Positions 35,036 through 37,650 of a stretch of DNA of 37,650 nucleotides are shown here, piece after piece. The DNA lies in contig DLMY01000044.1 of assembly GCA_002478275.1 (NCBI GenBank), positions 1 to 37,650 on the forward strand, given 5' to 3'. How positions within the stretch are numbered: the first letter of the stretch is position 1; the number at the start of each line of letters is the position of its first letter. Made by a program: the position numbers and the translations under genes. The notes beneath the pieces were generated by a model. The model was not told where the DNA came from, ran no database searches, and saw only the letters and a program-made list of their open reading frames with translations. The stretch comes from Actinobacteria bacterium UBA7524 (GTDB taxonomy: Bacteria; Actinomycetota; Coriobacteriia; Anaerosomatales; UBA912).

Positions 35036-36387
35036 GACACCATAGCGAAACCGCCCGCCGGCTGGCCTCCGCGACACTGTCCGCCGCGCTCGAAGCCGGC
35101 GCAGAGCAGGCCGAGGTGATCGCCACTGCGGGCACGACCGCGCTGACCCGTTTCGCCGGAAACCGCATCCACCAGAACGTGGCAGAGAGCGGGACAGAGA
35201 TATCGGTGCGTGCGGTACTCGGCAACTCGATCGGCGTCGCCTCCACGAACCGGACCGACGATGTTTCGCTGGCCGATTGCTGCGTCGCGGCGGTACGGGC
35301 CGCTTCGGTCGCTCCTGCAGACAACAGCTTCCCCGGCCTTCCGGGCCCGGCCTCTGTCGAGATAGCGGACCGCGCGGCGAAAGCTACGAGGTCTTTCGAC
35401 GCCGAGGACCGCGCGAAGGCCGTACGCACCATCGTCGAGCACTCAAGGCGTCACGACCTGGTCGCGGCCGGAGGGATCAAGGTCACAGACCAGGGAATAG
35501 CCGTTGTGAACTCGCTGGGTGTAGACGTCGCACAAGACATCACCGGACTGCGTGCCACCGCCCTTTCTATGGACGAGCACGAAGGAGGGGGTTCGGGCTG
35601 GTCTTCGTTCGTCTGTGCAGATGCGGGTGAGTTCGATGCGGAGAAGGTCGGTGAGCGCGCCGCGTTCCTGGCACTGCGTTCCAGGTATCCCAGGGAGTTG
35701 CCTTCCGGTGCCTACCGGGTCGTGCTGGCACCTGAAGCCGTAGCCGACCTCGTCGAGTTCCTGGGCTGGCTTTCGTTCGGCGCCAAACCGGTCCACGAGG
35801 GCCGCTCGCCCCTGTCGGACAAGATAGGCGAGCCGATAGTGAGCCCACTGGTCACCATCACGGATGATGCCACCGCCGCCGACGCGATGGGCCTGACGTT
35901 CGACTTCGAAGGCCAGCCTCGCTCGCAGGTCTCGCTGATCGAAACCGGCGTCGCCCGCGGCTTTGTGACCGACTCGTACTGGGCGGCGCGTCTGGGCACG
36001 GCGAACACCGGCCACGCACTCCCGGCACCCAACAGCTACGGTCCCCTGCCCCTGAACCTTCAGATGGCACCCGGGGATTCGACGCTCGAAGAACTCATCG
36101 CACAGACAGAGCGCGGTGTGTTCGTTACGCGCTTCCACTACGTCAACGTCGAGGACCCCGTTCCGGTCACGCTCACCGGCATGACACGAGACGGGACATT
36201 CCTGATCGAGGAAGGCAAGCTGTCTCACCCTCTGAAGAACCTGCGATTCACCCAGAGCGTGATCGAGGCGCTGGGCAACGTTGTGGCGCTCACCCGCGAC
36301 CGGGAGTACATCGGATCCGAGACGAACCCCGTTCTCGTACCTGGCATGCTGGTCGACGGGTTCAACTTCACCGGTCAGACTCGCTAG
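35032..36387 (+). CDS. tldE: TldE/PmbA subunit
   Basis: ATGA overlap with tldD; TRFA.N.IHQN, G.Y.VVLAPEAV, FDFEG, TGMTRDGTFLIE.G...P.KNLRF; no HExxH. Confidence 0.9.
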   Translation: MRHHSETARRLASATLSAALEAGAEQAEVIATAGTTALTRFAGNRIHQNVAESGTEISVRAVLGNSIGVASTNRTDDVSLADCCVAAVRAASVAPADNSFPGLPGPASVEIADRAAKATRSFDAEDRAKAVRTIVEHSRRHDLVAAGGIKVTDQGIAVVNSLGVDVAQDITGLRATALSMDEHEGGGSGWSSFVCADAGEFDAEKVGERAAFLALRSRYPRELPSGAYRVVLAPEAVADLVEFLGWLSFGAKPVHEGRSPLSDKIGEPIVSPLVTITDDATAADAMGLTFDFEGQPRSQVSLIETGVARGFVTDSYWAARLGTANTGHALPAPNSYGPLPLNLQMAPGDSTLEELIAQTERGVFVTRFHYVNVEDPVPVTLTGMTRDGTFLIEEGKLSHPLKNLRFTQSVIEALGNVVALTRDREYIGSETNPVLVPGMLVDGFNFTGQTR

Positions 36388-36396
36388 AAGACCCCC

Positions 36397-36540
36397 CGCA
36401 CACTCGAGCCCCGGCTGTCTTCCGACGCCGGGGCCCGGAGGGGCACAGCCACCAAAACCGTGGAGGGGCGCCACTGCTAGGTGCTGACCCGTGTTGTCAG
36501 GAGGCTCGTGTTCCCGACACCCGGTATATCGGAGCGTGCG
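36397..36540 (-). ncRNA. Candidate ~145-nt multi-branched structured RNA, family not recognised
   Basis: Minus strand: TAAAGT -10-like box 7 nt before the closing stem CGCACGCUC/GAGUGUGCG, which encloses three hairpins, one with a GGAA tetraloop; G-U pairs form only on this strand. Confidence 0.5.
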
Positions 36541-36603
36541 ACCCGGGACTTTAGACCGTTGGGCGATTTCGCACTGTGCGCTTCATCACAATCGTGCTCA
36601 GCG

Positions 36604-37248
36604 TCACTTCGCTTCTTCGCGTGCCTCTTGCGCTGCGATGATGTCTTTGACCTTCATCAGCCGTGTGAGATTGGAGCGCTCGGCCTCATCGAGCTTCATC
36701 CCGATGTCACGAATCGTCTCGTTGAGCTGGGGGATGAGCACATGCTCAAGAGCGTTGACGCGCCTTCGCGTCCGCTCGATCTCCGCCGCGAGAAGCTCTA
36801 TCGCTTTCTCCCGCTCCGCGAGCTCCAGCATCCTTGGCGCGACAGCGCTGAGCGCGCCCAGTGCCGAGTCCAGGACCGCTGGCGTGGACGCGTACGAGTA
36901 GCCTCCCGGAACCGGCATCTCCAGCACCGAGAACTCGGGGATACGTACGCTCATGACGTTGCGCCCAGCCACATCCACCAGCCGCACGGGTTCCCCGGCA
37001 GAAAGCGCCTGCGCTATCACCGCCGGTCCGGCCTGTGCCCGGGCCACCACGAGCAGCCCGTACGCGCCGACCAGGTCACGTTCGACCGCCGCTCGCACCT
37101 TGCGTGTCTCGCCGATCCTGCCGAGGAACTCCTTCATGAGCTCATCGAGTTTGTCCTTGAGCAGCTTGTGACCGCGCCGCGCGACATCACGCCGACGGCG
37201 GAGCTTCAGAAGCTCCATACGATTGGGGTTCACGCGCATCTTGGTCAT
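36604..37248 (-). CDS. ntpD: V/A-type ATP synthase subunit D
   Basis: VNPNRMELLKL......RGHKLLKDK.DEL, NVMSV.IP, EIERTRRRVNALEH..IP, LDE.ER....RL. Confidence 0.96.
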   Translation of the reverse strand: MTKMRVNPNRMELLKLRRRRDVARRGHKLLKDKLDELMKEFLGRIGETRKVRAAVERDLVGAYGLLVVARAQAGPAVIAQALSAGEPVRLVDVAGRNVMSVRIPEFSVLEMPVPGGYSYASTPAVLDSALGALSAVAPRMLELAEREKAIELLAAEIERTRRRVNALEHVLIPQLNETIRDIGMKLDEAERSNLTRLMKVKDIIAAQEAREEAK

Positions 37249-37251
37249 CGC

Positions 37252-37393
37252 TCAGCCCACCAGCCTGGTGTAGACGAGCCAGACCATCAGCCCCACCACC
37301 GCCACCAGGTTCACGATCCNNNNNNNNNNNNNNNNNNNNNNNNNNNNNNNNNNNNNNNNNNNNNNNNNNNNACGCGCAGCGCGGGCACGTCAC
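37252..37393 (-). CDS. Small membrane protein interrupted by an N-gap (C-terminus IVNLVAVVGLMVWLVYTRLVG*)
   Basis: Hydrophobic frame ending TGA at 37254-37252, 3 nt before the ntpD ATG; start uncertain (possibly a GTGA overlap at 37393). Confidence 0.45.
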
Positions 37394-37578
37394 CTCACCC
37401 ACTCGACGAACGCGTAGGCCACAAGCGCTATGACGGCTACCGTGTTGACCGCACGCAGCGCCACAACAGTACCCGAGGGCTCCACACCCCACTCCCGCAG
37501 TGCCCGCACGCCCCGTGACTGCAGCCACACCAGGGCTACGCACAAGACCGCTACCGCTATCCAGAGCAAGCCGCTCAC
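37390..37578 (-). CDS. Small two-TM membrane protein, 62 aa
   Basis: GTGA overlap with the ntpB stop, GGAGG RBS, two hydrophobic helices. Confidence 0.7.
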   Translation of the reverse strand: MSGLLWIAVAVLCVALVWLQSRGVRALREWGVEPSGTVVALRAVNTVAVIALVAYAFVEWVR

Positions 37579-37650
37579 GAGCGCGCAGCCTCCGTCTCCT
37601 CTTCACGCAGGTACTTGTCGACGAACTCGTCCTTGATGCGCTTGAGCTCC
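37575..37650 (-). CDS. ntpB: V/A-type ATP synthase subunit B, 3' end only
   Basis: ELKRIKDEFVDKYLREEETEAARS* matches the typical subunit-B C-terminal ELKRI....I.KY; lies upstream of subunit D. Confidence 0.75.
   Translation of the reverse strand, partial: ELKRIKDEFVDKYLREEETEAARS

Noticed and set aside
33590..36387. tldD/tldE as part of a RiPP cluster
   Set aside because: No precursor peptide, YcaO or other maturation gene adjacent; the pair is widespread as housekeeping

Overview
High-GC actinobacterial-type chromosome segment from a draft assembly with three N-gaps. A Coriobacteriia-like anaerobe is a guess from gene content only. Bases 1-14.3 kb form an accessory patch: a large lipoprotein, two DUF1801 genes, a TipA-like MerR regulator with a textbook MerR promoter, two paralogous RHH-VapC toxin-antitoxin pairs, one full and one truncated YhcG/DUF1016 nuclease gene, a GSU2403-like nucleotidyltransferase, an HNH nuclease / Nudix / PD-(D/E)xK cluster, two GNATs, a flavodoxin and an MFS transporter. 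A polyphosphate cluster follows (ppk2, small Cys/Lys-rich ORF, sixA, ppk1, CHAD). Next comes an islet beside tRNA-fMet with two more PIN TA pairs and two copies of a 223-bp non-coding element (DnaA-box-like repeats + promoter + ~77-nt structured RNA). The rest is TetR-MMPL-YhgE-like, a PocR/PAS/GAF-PP2C phosphatase, NlpC/P60, tldD/tldE and the end of a V-type ATPase operon. Most striking: (1) a family of odd-centred 25-bp palindromes found inside the variable segment of both DUF1016 alleles and as allele-matched intergenic copies; (2) the duplicated DnaA-box/promoter/ncRNA element; (3) an orphan multi-branched ncRNA candidate between tldE and ntpD; (4) a candidate three-gene defence module. 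All family calls come from recognising motifs by eye; no searches were run.
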